A DNA stretch of 26,546 nt, from the NCBI GenBank assembly GCA_048213135.1, contig PS015106.1:89192-115737 (forward strand). Direction: 5' to 3'. The position numbers and the translations under genes are program-made. The stretch is from Reclinomonas americana ATCC 50394. Its lineage: Eukaryota. Shown here piece by piece: positions 1 to 11,299 of this stretch. The notes under the pieces are model-generated. The model saw only the letters and a list, made by a program, of their open reading frames with translations. It did not search any database and had not been told where the DNA came from. Positions within the stretch are counted from its first letter, which is position 1. Every line of letters begins with the position of its first letter.

Positions 1-28
1 CGTGGCTGAGCATGAAGGCGACACGAAC

Positions 29-3000
29 CTGCTCCCGTGCCAATCGAGCCCGTTCTTGAATGGCGGCCACTTCTTCGGCCTGCCGGCGCTCCACAGCCTC
101 CTCGCGCTCCATTAGCTCCTTGAGGGCCCGACGCTCCGCCATGATGCGCTCGCGATGCTCAGCCTCCTACAGAAGCACAACCCCACCAACGCGATGAGTT
201 GACCACAGTAGCGCACTATGAAGAACTCAATAAGTGCACCTCACGCGCACGCCGATCACGCTCCTGTCGCTGCAACATGATGGTGTCCTCGTTGGCCAAA
301 CGCGCCATGGCCTGATCCGCAGGCACGGGGATGGTGGTGCGTCCGAGCCACTGTTGAACGCACTGGCCACCGATCTCCGGCTCCAGGAGTGCCAAGTAGT
401 AACAGAAGCGCTCAACGAGCCGTCGACGTGGTCCGATTTTCGCCAGCACCTCCTCGTACACATTGCGATTGGTGAGTTCTGTGTCTTTGGGGGCGGCAAA
501 GGGGTCGTCGTCCGGCGTTTCCGGTGTCTCGGAGGGTATCTCAAAAAGCTGCACGCGCGACGGAGTGGCAGCTTCCGGTCCGCTCGGCGACTTGCTCCGC
601 TGCTCGTGCTCCAATTGTCTCTCGATCTCGTCGGCCTCCTCCTTGAGCACCGCGAGAAGCTCCTGCCCAAACGTGCCTGCCAAGAGAGTGGCAATCAGTG
701 CACCCAAACACAAGCTGCATACATACTGGGAGGGCATGCACGCACTCGGCTGTCCTTCGGCCAGCAGTGAGCGCCGCACAGTGTCCAGCACACGCTTGGT
801 CGGCTTCTCCATCCGACATTCCAGCATGTTCATCATGGCACGCACAAGCAGCATGGCGTCGTGAAACACGCCCACGCGGTACCCTGCGTGGCGCATCATG
901 ATCATCACTTATTAGCATCGCCTGATCGCAGAAAAAGAAGCACTGTGCTGTCACGCAACCGCACAGCAGCACGCGCTGCAGCATCTTGGAGGCCTTGGAA
1001 GCGGTGGCCGCCGACAGCAGGCGGCGGTCAACGTCGGCAATGATGCGCAGGTACGCAAACACCGGGCTCTGCAGCGATGGCTCACGCAGTGCCGAGTGTG
1101 CATACATGGACACAATGCGCTCTGCAAACGAGTGCAGAATAGATGAATTGATGTGGAAGAGCAAAAAAAGGAAACCACCAAGCCGCCACACCATTGAGTG
1201 TTGCCTGCGTCAGACCGAACGTGTACAAGTCGAATGTCTCCACATCTTGCAGCGTGAGATGCTCGCTGAGTACCCACAGCTGCGAGAGGAGGGTAGTCGA
1301 TTGCCGCATGTCACGCAATACTTCCTCTGTGTACGCAGGTCACAACACGGTGACGACGACGCAAGCGGGCACGTACACACAGCAGCAACAGCGCGCTCGC
1401 ACCTTGTTCAGTGAGCAAGATGAAGCACTTGAGCAGAGCACGAGCAGCGTCGGTCTTCCAGTCCACAAGGTGCAGAATGGTGACCACGGCGTGATGAATC
1501 GAGTCGGTCGAAAGCACTGCGAAGCAAGGTCACAATCTCCACATCACGCACACGCATACATAAACGCATGGCACACCTGAAAGGTCTCCAGCACCAGTCA
1601 GCCGCTGCAAAATGTCGGCCAGCATGATAAACAGCGGCTGATCAACCGAGAACAGCTCGACTTCGCGCAGCGGCACAATTACAGTCTCGAATGGGAGGGA
1701 GCCACTGGAGGAGCCAATCTTCGCTGCCGCATGAACTGATACAGAGTGGTGAGCGTGGGGAGGCGCTACAATGAGCTTGATGCGAGTGCGTTCCGCACCT
1801 GCCAGACATGGATTCTCGGCAGCCTTCATGGCCAGCCAACGGCTAGCATCGCTGGCACACAGTTTGAAGAAGGAGCGACGGAATGTCGACCCCAGTAGCG
1901 TGTCGATACCAAACTCTGTATAGAAGCAGGTTAGTGCACGTGCTGCTGCGACATCGCTCGACATGCACAGGCGACGAAACTGGTCGAAGTCAAATCCCAC
2001 AGACATCGCACGGCGAGACGAACAGCAAGCAAGCTCTCCGAGGCCAACAGCTTCTTCACCAGCTGCAGGTAGCCGGCCTCCGTCAACGGCGCCAACGTAT
2101 GCACTGCGTGGCATGACTGTGAGTCACACTGACAGAGAGAAGTACAACCGAAGCAGCTGACGCGGGCGCACCAGAGTTCTGCAACAGGGTTACGAGTTCC
2201 ACCGACATGAGCACGGCTTGCGGGATGGTGGTCCACGACGGTCGCGTGAGCCAGTCACGTGGACACGGCTCCGGTAGTGGATCGTGCGACCGGAACCCCA
2301 TCGAGGTGGCCTGACCGTCCACCGGTGCTGCAATGACAACAGGGAGTGAATAATCTTGATCCATCTCCGCAGTCAGCCTGGACGGGAAGAGAAGATGACG
2401 AACCGACAGGCAAGTGAGCCGTGTGCACAAATGGAGCCTCCATGACTCCGTCGGCCTGGCCCACAAAGTTCGAGTGATCCTGCGGCGAGAACATGTCCGC
2501 ATCGGCCACGGCCACAAACCAGAAATCCATGCATCCCATCAGTCCCTTCACACTCGTGTCCTCCTCGGGCATCAGACCTGCCGAGCAATTAGAGCTCCAT
2601 TCGCAGAAGAAGAAGAAAGAAAGGACATGCATCACTCACCATAGAGTACACACAGGCGCAGGCAGCGTATGGCAAGGGTCATCGAAGGATGCGACAGACC
2701 GGCATCAAAGTGCGACACAAACGACAGCAGCGAGCGGCTGACACGCGCCAGCAGCCAGCACTCGCGCGATGCTGCGGGATTCTCCTCGTGCAATCCCGCA
2801 TGCACACAGTCGAGCAAGGCGTGGCACATGGTACTCTGCTCACGCAGCGCACCACATACGTACTTGGCGACCACCACCAGATCCTCGGTCACCAGTCCAA
2901 ACTTTTCTGGATCCAAGAAGAGCATCCGACAGATCTCCACCATGACACGCTGCACTTCGGTCACCGGTGACGACACCAGCTTCATCGCGCTCATCCAGTC

Positions 3001-6000
3001 CCTGTACAGATACATTGCTGTGCGCAGATGCACGTCTGCAGCACCGAACACGGTGAGCGGGCAACGAATGGCGAATGAGAGGGTCACAGAATCGCTCACC
3101 CTCGAGACGCCGCTTGTACTCGTACTCGGCGCGCAGCAGGTCGGCCGGTCGAATGTCGTCGCGAGTGAGCAAGTTCACCGACAGTCGCATCTCGTCGCGG
3201 CGCAGTCGCGGATCGAAATCCAGTGCACCTACACAGATAATGAGAGGCTTGCATCCGGCAGTGCAGCACGATCAAGAACAAACCCCACGCGCGGTACTCG
3301 CGCAGCAACCACACGGCAGCCGCGTGAATGTCGCCAACATTGCTTCGTGCAGTGGTGAGGATGCGTCGCGGCATCTCGCGATCACGCAACACGCGAGCTC
3401 GTGTGCTGCCGTATGAGCCGAGAATGCGGATGCCGTGCATGGCAGAGATGAGCATGGCACCGCTCGTGTAGCTGACAACGGTGGCGAGCTCCGAGTACAC
3501 GCCCTCGGTGAGTGCCAGGTGCGCCAGATCTGAGAACGGAAGCGGACGCGAGTGAATTCAACAGTGCACATCGGAGACACACGACGGCAGCTGGCAACAA
3601 CACCTTCGTCGGCCTCCAGGGCGGAGACCACGGCGTAAATGGCGCGTTCCTGCACCGGCCGCGTGCCACTGCTCATCAGATAGAACAGCAGCTGGAAGGC
3701 GCGCTCCTCAAAGAACCATGACAGCTCGCCTGGCGTGCACGACGGGTGAGACAATCGTGTTTGCTGCAATGCAACAAAAAAACACACAAAGGAACCTCGA
3801 TGCATGAGTCCGTGCAAATGCAGAATGACTTGCTTTTGCTTCAGTGGATCTGGCGAGTGCGCACTGCACCACACATCGAGAAAGCTGATGAGTTTGTCAT
3901 CGATTGGCACACTGTCGAGCGCCAGCAAGTCCTCGTCCGCATTCCAGATGCCGCCTGATGCATCAACACATGAGCATCACACGCAACCCTATCAATCAGT
4001 GTGGACGTACGACACACCGCTGGTGATTCCCTGCGAGCCGTCTCCGCCTGGTGTGGCTGTAGTCGGTACAGCGAGGAGTGGATTCGCAGCGCGATCATCA
4101 ACATCGTGGAAGCCGCGCACTTGTTGCACGGCGTAGTAAATCACGTTGTCTTCGGTGACGTATGCCTGCCGATAGGCGGCCACCACCTGCACACTGGCGT
4201 TTCGCACACGCTGAGCGGGGCAGTGTGCCAGGATACTCATGGTGATCAGGCCTCTCTCCTCCGCCAAGGTGTCGGGCACGCCGGCTGCGCGGGACGAGGA
4301 TAAGCAACAGGCGTGGTGAATGCGAAGCCAACGTGGGAGCAACATAGTGCGCACGTTCTTCGGCCAGACATGCAAGCGAGGAGGCTGCACAGGTTACCAC
4401 GCGCTCTTGCGCCCGCGTTTCGGGATTGTCATCTGCGGTGTGCGTGTGTGGACGTTCTCAGCAAGTGCATCACCAACACTGCGTGTTGCATTGCATGTGC
4501 ACGCACCTGCAATCTCGGAGCGCTCCTCGTGTTGTCGCCCAGACTGCGATCCACGAGCCGTACTGGCCTTTGCATGTGACACGCCTGACGATGACGACGA
4601 CGACGAGCCCAACTCGCGTTCGGCCTCCTCCTCAGCAAGCCTCCGCTCCTCTTCCTCCTGCATTTCCAGTTCGTCCTCACGGCCCTTGCGCCTCCGCTGT
4701 CGCAACAATTCCTCCGCATCCGCCTCCGCCTTGGCCGCCGCAGTCGCCGCGGCGATCTCCTGCATGGATGTGGAGCAGTTCGCGGTCAGCTTTTTGCGGC
4801 GAGATTGGCCAGCGTTGCACATACGCAGACGACACACACCTTGTCCTTTGGCCGTTCAATGAGTCCCTCTGCCTCGGCAATCACATTATTGGCGTAGTTG
4901 CGCAGCAGGCGAATGTTGGCCGGCACAAAGCCGAGACTGATGAGTCCTGGTCTCAGCGACTCGGTTTCCGCCATGAATGCAAAACACTGCGCCAGCTCCA
5001 CTTGGAGATGTGGATCGTCGATGTTGGCCCAGTCGAACAAGATGTGCATGGCCGGCGATTCGATGATTGTTCCTCGTGTTTCCTCTGCAGTGGCGCATGT
5101 CAGCAAGCACTACGAAGCACTCGTACATGCCTCTCCACCCCCCACGCACCATTGACATACAATCGCGAAAACACCCATGCCAGGTGGCTGGAGATTTCCG
5201 GGCCGGCCTTCTCACTCAAATGCAAGAGTGAAGTGAGCATGGTGCGGTTGCCGATTAGAGGGCACCCAAAGTCGGTGGCACACGCCGCACGCAGGAAGCG
5301 AATGCCTTGCGGCACAAAGCGCTCCGTGTCCTGGTGTGTCTCCACGATTTCAAGAACTCGTTGCACCACCGCCTTGACCACCAATTTCTCGGCGCATTGA
5401 GCTGGGGAAAAAAAGAGAGTGAGCGAGTTGAAGAAACGGTGACACAACACAAGAATCACGAAACGTAGCTCCGCCATGTTGGACATGGCCAAAATGGCAA
5501 ATTCCCACGCCGGCTGATTGTCAGAGGCCAGCACTTGGGTCAGAATGTGCTCAATGTCGTGTGCCAAGAAATCGTAACGAGAATCCACTACAATGAGGGA
5601 GTGAGAGAGCGGTATGCCAACAAAGAGTTGCAGTCAGGCTGCACGCAACAGTTTTCAGTGATGAACGCAATGGCTGCCGTGGCGTGTCGCTGCAGTGCTC
5701 GAATTCCACTGGCCGCAGCTCTGGTGATGGGACCGACGACACCTGCCACATTCAAAGGCTCGATGCAGCGCGCTGTCACCAACAACAAAGCGTGAGCGCA
5801 CTGATTACAAAGTGCACAATTGCTCCCACTGACACGCAACTCTCCACGGCCAGATTGGAAATGGTGCGCGCGGCCTGCACTTGAATGGAGGAGTGTGAAC
5901 TCTGTTCCACCAGCTGCACGAGACGGCGGCAGAGATTGGTGGCCAGGATTTCGGAGCGGCCGACATCGGTAGCGGCCGCATTCGCAATCACCGACAGCGC

Positions 6001-9000
6001 CATTCGCTTGAGCTCCTCACTGTCGTGCTCCAGCAACAGGCGACTCATCTCCGCCGTGACGCCCATGCCCAACAGTCGCGCCATATTATGCGCATCCACT
6101 GTCAGATTGTAGAGCGTTCCGACCACCTGCACGAAGAAGGAGGAGGGGATGAGCCACACAGCATGCCTGCACAAAGCTGCATTTCCGCCACTCACGTTTC
6201 GCATCAGCGATTCGTTCTCCGAGGGGATGTGGGCGAGAATCCACGGCACGCACTTTTCCTGCACAATGGACTCGCGCAGGTGCTCCTCGGTGGAGAAGTT
6301 GCGCAGTGCCGCAGTGAGAAGCACTTGCAGGTCGAGATCCGAGTGAAATGTCTCGCCCAGCAGCACCAGATTGCGGAATCCGTCCGGAGCGGGCATCGCC
6401 GCACGGCAAGCGGCTGCGGATTCAAGAGCACGAGTCAAGCCGGAGGGGTATGCGACACAAAGAGGAATGTACATGACACTACCATGTGCAGAGAGAACGT
6501 AGAGCACACGAGCGGCCTCCACTCTGGCTGACTTGGCGGTGGAGCGCAAGCTGTTGACGACCATACTCACGCCTCCCCACTCGGCCGCCTCGGCCTTCAC
6601 TTCGTCTGTGCAAATTTACGAGTGAGCAAGCAGCGACAGGCGCACACGGTGGGGCAACGACGAACCAATTTCCAGCGCCAAATTACCGAGCAGAGCACAT
6701 GCGTTTTCTTGAATTACCGGATCACGCACATCGCCCTTCATGACACTGAGCAAGACACCACCAGCGGCACGAACGTAGCTGCACCAGATTCCTGCATTCC
6801 ATGCTCATGAGAAGAAGGGGTGGTAAGAGGGACTGCATGAAAATGAATGTGTCGCGTACCGTCCTTGGTTAAGCGAGCCAGGGTGATGAGCAAATTCTGA
6901 GTGACCAACAAATCCTCCAGCGACGCTGTGACCATCAACTTCTCCAAGCACTCGGGTTGGGCAAGTTGTGTGCGCACAGAATCTGCACGTGTATATATAA
7001 GGACACCAAACTGCACTGCACGTTCACGAACACAAGCTATCGTTCCGAGAAACGCAACCAACTTGCGAAATGCCGGCCAAGCAGCGCAAGGCATTTCCCA
7101 GTGAGCGCACGAGACCCGGATGCCGAGGGTGTAGTTCTTCTTCTCGCAGAATATCGCCTGTTTCCAAGCACGGGTGCTGGAACACCTCGAGAACGACCTC
7201 CACCAAGCCCACTTCGAGCAAACGCGGCCACATGCGTGCTGCGTGGAACCACAGACACGATCAGTAATGCGACAGCAGTGCACGCTCGCTCTAATGCGCA
7301 CGCACGATTCGCTGTCAGTGTGGCAAACGCGGCAAGACCCTCTGCTTTGAGTTCCGCATGTTCCTCACGATGAAGGACACGCACCATGCGCGGCAACACA
7401 TCCGACACGACTGCCGCCGGCACAAGAGTGTCTGCGTAGACACACTGCGTGTGAGCGCAGCGCAGCACGGCACGTGCGCTGCTCACGTGCAAGACGCGCT
7501 CACCATCGGCCACCACCTCCTCGTAGCAGAGGTACGCCTCGAGACGTACTTCGGGATCCTCGGAAAGCACGGTCCGCTCCAACATGCGCAGTCCCTGAAG
7601 CACGTGCACAAATGCACGTCTCTCACGCTCTGCGCGCTTGCCACACGTGAGATCAGTGCCTTTCGAGGTATCGCATTCTCCCAATAATCACGTGCCTGTC
7701 TTGAGCAGGAAACGCACAGCCTGCAGTGCCGTCACACGCATGGTTGGTGGTGCGCGTCGTGCAAGCTCCACAAGCACGTAGCTGACAAATTCCTTGCCGA
7801 GAGCATAGTGCAAGTCATCTGCGGTGACAGTAGTGAGGTGCGAGTGAGCTGCATGGGTCACGCGCAGCTATCGTCACGGCAAAGCGACTGAACTCTCCAT
7901 GCACAAGTTGCGCAGTGTGCTGATTGCGTGTATCTGCACGGCCTTCTCCAGTGTTGATCCGGAGAAGCAGCGGCCGGTGATGGGTCCATACGGGTGCACT
8001 TGTGTGGCCTGTCGAGCCAGATGGACGATGCTTGACAACTCGGTGATGATTGACTTGTCCATGCGCACATGCACTGCGAAGACACACCGAGTGATTGATT
8101 ACATGTCACACGAACATGCAGCAAGATCACAGCCTACCATCCTCGGTGAGCTGCGACACGGCAAACATGGCATGGTGACGAAGTCGCCAGTTCTCGGCTT
8201 TGAGCGACTTGAGCACCAGCGGCAATAATTGATGTTCAATCACTTTTGGTGCCGTTTGCAGAGCTACACGAGAGCAGAGTGAATCACCACGGATGCGACA
8301 AAAAGGAGCATGAAGGAAGCGTGTGCCACTCACCACCACAGTAGCGTACGAGGCGAGCGAGAGTCTTCAACGCTTTGCGCAATCCGTGCGTATGTGTGGT
8401 GCGCATCGTGCGTGACACAAGGAACACCAGGTCCACTTGGTCAAAGGTGAGGCACGCATAGTGCTCTGCCAACGCACTGTGAATGCCAGCAGAATGACAA
8501 ATTAACACCACTCTCGCACCACCACTCACCATTCAATGTGAGCGCATCCAGCAAATAGGCACACGCAGTTTGCATGTCATTGTCGAGTGTCATACACAGC
8601 GCATGAATCGTATCGATGTGCACCTCGACAATGTACTGCAACACGGCTTCGCCTGCAATCTCGACCGAATGAGTAACCACCCACATTCATGAAAAGTGTG
8701 CGCGCGTACGTGCACGCAACTCGTCTTCATGATGGAAGCTAACTCCATCATGCGTTGACACATGTCGTCCACGGAGCCGAGCATGATCTTGCTGAACAAC
8801 TCATCGATGACGGCCTGCCTTCTGATGCGACGCGAGCGAGCACTCTCGTCGTCCTCACTTGCCGCACCTCCAGTGCTTCCGCGACTCACAGGCCGACTGC
8901 CTCCGGCGGGGCTTCCACCACCGCGGTTGGGGATGAGCGTGAGCTGAGGCACCGTCGGTCGCCACATTTCGTCGCCATCCTCGAACTCCACCACCGGCTG

Positions 9001-9950
9001 CTCAGCAAAGCGAGCCGACACTGACCGACTGGGACTCATTCCACCGCCACCACCACCAGCCAGTGCGGAGACGAGCGTTGAGGCACCATCGCTGCGACTG
9101 CTCGCGTCCTCCCATTGCACACGACCGGAGAGCAGTCGCCGTGCGGAACCGGCATTGGCTCCAGTCGATCGTGCCGTCACCGACGCCGTTCCTGCTTCCG
9201 CTGAAGCACCGGCTCCTGCGCCTCTTGCGGAGACCGCATCGGCAGGCACTACACCCGGCACGGCCGTGCGCTGGTACAATCGTTGGCGCTCTCGTTCAAG
9301 AACCTGCAGAAAGAAAGAAAGAGATCACTGAGCAAGCACATCGAATACCACCAAACGTGATTGTATGTGTCAAGCCCGACCTCGTCTTGCACCGCGATGC
9401 GTACGCCTCCCGACGGTCGATTCCGCCACATGCTAACACGCTGCGACTGCAACGGATGCTGCTGCTCCTCCTCCGCCTGCTGCACGGCCAGATACTCGGC
9501 CGTCGGGATCTCATCATCCTCATCATCATCCTCTGCCTCCTCCTCGCCCTCCTCGAGATGCACACCCGTACCATCATCATCCTCTTGTCCATCATCACCG
9601 TCCACCACCATCACCACTCGTCGCTGCCGCCTCGGTCGTGCAGGCTGCACCAGCAAATCACCATCATCGCCATCATCGCCATCATCTCCCGTGGGTGTCT
9701 CCATGGATAACCTCCTTCCCACATAGCGCTGCGCTGGCGACAGAGGCGACAGATCAGCTGCCGGCCACGGCTGCGCACGCTCCTCCGTCGGCACCGAGTC
9801 CACTGTCAAATCATCCTCATCGCCATTATCGTTATCATAGTCGTCGGCGATGGGAACATTGAGTGGACGCGCGCGTGCCAGTGGCGAAGCACTCACGCCG
9901 ACAATGGCTTGCGGTGAGTGAGAGCCTTGTCGATGCACCACCGTCGCCAT
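29..9950 (-). CDS. Giant armadillo (ARM)/HEAT-repeat protein, 38 introns, at least 2461 aa; 3' end lies beyond the left edge of the window
   Basis: ATG at 9950 (MATVVHRQ). One stop-free frame is recovered by joining exons 9381-9950, 8721-9303, 8530-8652, 8334-8465, 8138-8263, 7894-8073, 7696-7818, 7504-7629, 7306-7431, 7059-7238, 6860-6982, 6666-6791, 6483-6605, 6196-6413, 5841-6126, 5650-5772, 5465-5587, 5150-5401, 4840-5084, 4507-4759, 4355-4432, 4018-4284, 3796-3954, 3604-3729, 3284-3529, 3100-3228, 2640-3035, 2404-2577, 2172-2327, 1981-2103, 1799-1915, 1577-1723, 1403-1516, 1192-1326, 960-1121, 746-883, 240-676 and 29-166 (7383 nt). It contains ARM-like ~42-aa units (IQENACALLGNLA, QVQAARTISNLA, LKRMALSVIANAA, VVGTLYNLT), an acidic disordered N-terminus, and E/R-rich coiled coils at ~4600-4750 and <300. 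Confidence 0.8.
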
Positions 9951-10024
9951 CTTCAACGCACGATGCGTCCGATCGATGATTGTATGATGAGTCATGTGTC
10001 ACGCGCGCGCTTTTTGTGTGATCG
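9951..10024. promoter_or_regulatory. Probable bidirectional promoter/5' UTR region between the ARM gene and AMMECR1
   Basis: Only 74 bp separate the divergent ATGs at 9950 (-) and 10025 (+). This is a positional inference; no motif was identified. Confidence 0.45.
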
Positions 10025-11119
10025 ATGAGTGTGCACCACTGCGCCTACGTTTTTGACTGGTGTGTATGTGTGCCACGTGATCTGCACATGTCAATGCTTG
10101 AGTGTTGACTCTCTCTCACTCCTTCTTGTGTGATCAGTTTGCTGTACGAGTTGGGTCCGGTACACCCAACGATCAAGGACCTGGTCGATGTGAGCCCTCC
10201 ACACCCACAGTTCGATGTGAGCATGTGGCCTGCTGCTCCTCCCCCTCCTCCTCTGCTGTCTCAGTCACGAACTGATGTGCGTTGGTGTGTGTGTTTGTGT
10301 GAGGATAGGATCATTTGACCGAATCGCCGCTGTTTGTCACGTTCAAGAAGCGAGCGAGCAGCAAGCGACACCATCGACATCGCCGAGACGACAGTGAAGA
10401 GTGGGAACTGCGGGTTGCGTCCAACTCACGGTCTATTCTTGTCTACACTCTTGCGCGCTCAACACTGTGCGACAGGGATGCATCGGAACCTTCTCTCCGC
10501 TGCCACTGGGCGAAGGACTGCGACAGTACACGGTGCAGAGGTACACACTCGCACAGGTTCAGTTGGAGTTGGAGGTGTGTGTGCTCATGCCATGACGCAG
10601 TGCTTTCCGAGATCGGCGATTCGATCCGATTGAGGCGCACGAGGTCGAGGACCTCGCCGTGAACGTGTCCATTCTCACCGATTTTGAGCCGGCGGCGCAT
10701 GTGTACGACTGGGAGGTGTGTGCGTGTGCGACAAGAGTACGCACGCAATTTCCGAGTTGTCTTTTTCTCACCTGGCGTCTCTTGCTGGTGCAGATTGGTC
10801 GGCATGGCGTGTGGATGGAGTTCAAGCTCGGATCGCGCTCCACCACGGCCACGTACTTGCCGGAGATCGCAGCCGAGCAGGGTTGGGATCACGAGAAGAC
10901 GGTGAGCGTATACATGATGCCCTTTCGTCGAGCTCGTGCTTATGCACGTGTGTGTGTGCACAGATCGAGTCGCTGTTCAGGAAGGGCGGCTTCCGAGACC
11001 GCATCACGCGCGAGGTGCTGGAATCGGCGATTGTGACGCGCTACCAGAGCCAGAAGCGCTCGTTGACATGGGACGAGTACATGCAACTCAAGCGCCAAAG
11101 CATGGCGCCTGCCACATGA
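10025..11119 (+). CDS. AMMECR1: AMMECR1-family protein (7 exons)
   Basis: Exons 10025-10059, 10138-10216, 10309-10413, 10476-10540, 10601-10715, 10794-10901 and 10964-11119 give MSVHHCAYVFDCL...PLFVTF...LRGCIGTF...AFRDRRFDPI...VSILTDFE...DWEIGRHG...ATYLPEIAAEQGW...TRYQS. LRGCIG is the family hallmark. Confidence 0.95.
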
Positions 11120-11299
11120 GAAAATCCCCAGCAAAGAGAGGCGAGAGAGAGAGGGAGAAACGGCTGTAGAACAATTGTGCATCTGTGTAAAGCGAATGTG
11201 TGGCTCGACGGTGGCAACGAATGATCCGCGCATCGTAGTTGAATCTTTGTCCTCTTTGTTTGTTTTTTTTGATCCGCGACGCGTAAGTCACCTCCTCCA

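Noticed and set aside
5400-8650. CRISPR-like or tandem DNA array behind the ~190-nt periodicity
   Set aside because: The periodicity is exon plus intron length, with no nucleotide-level direct repeats.
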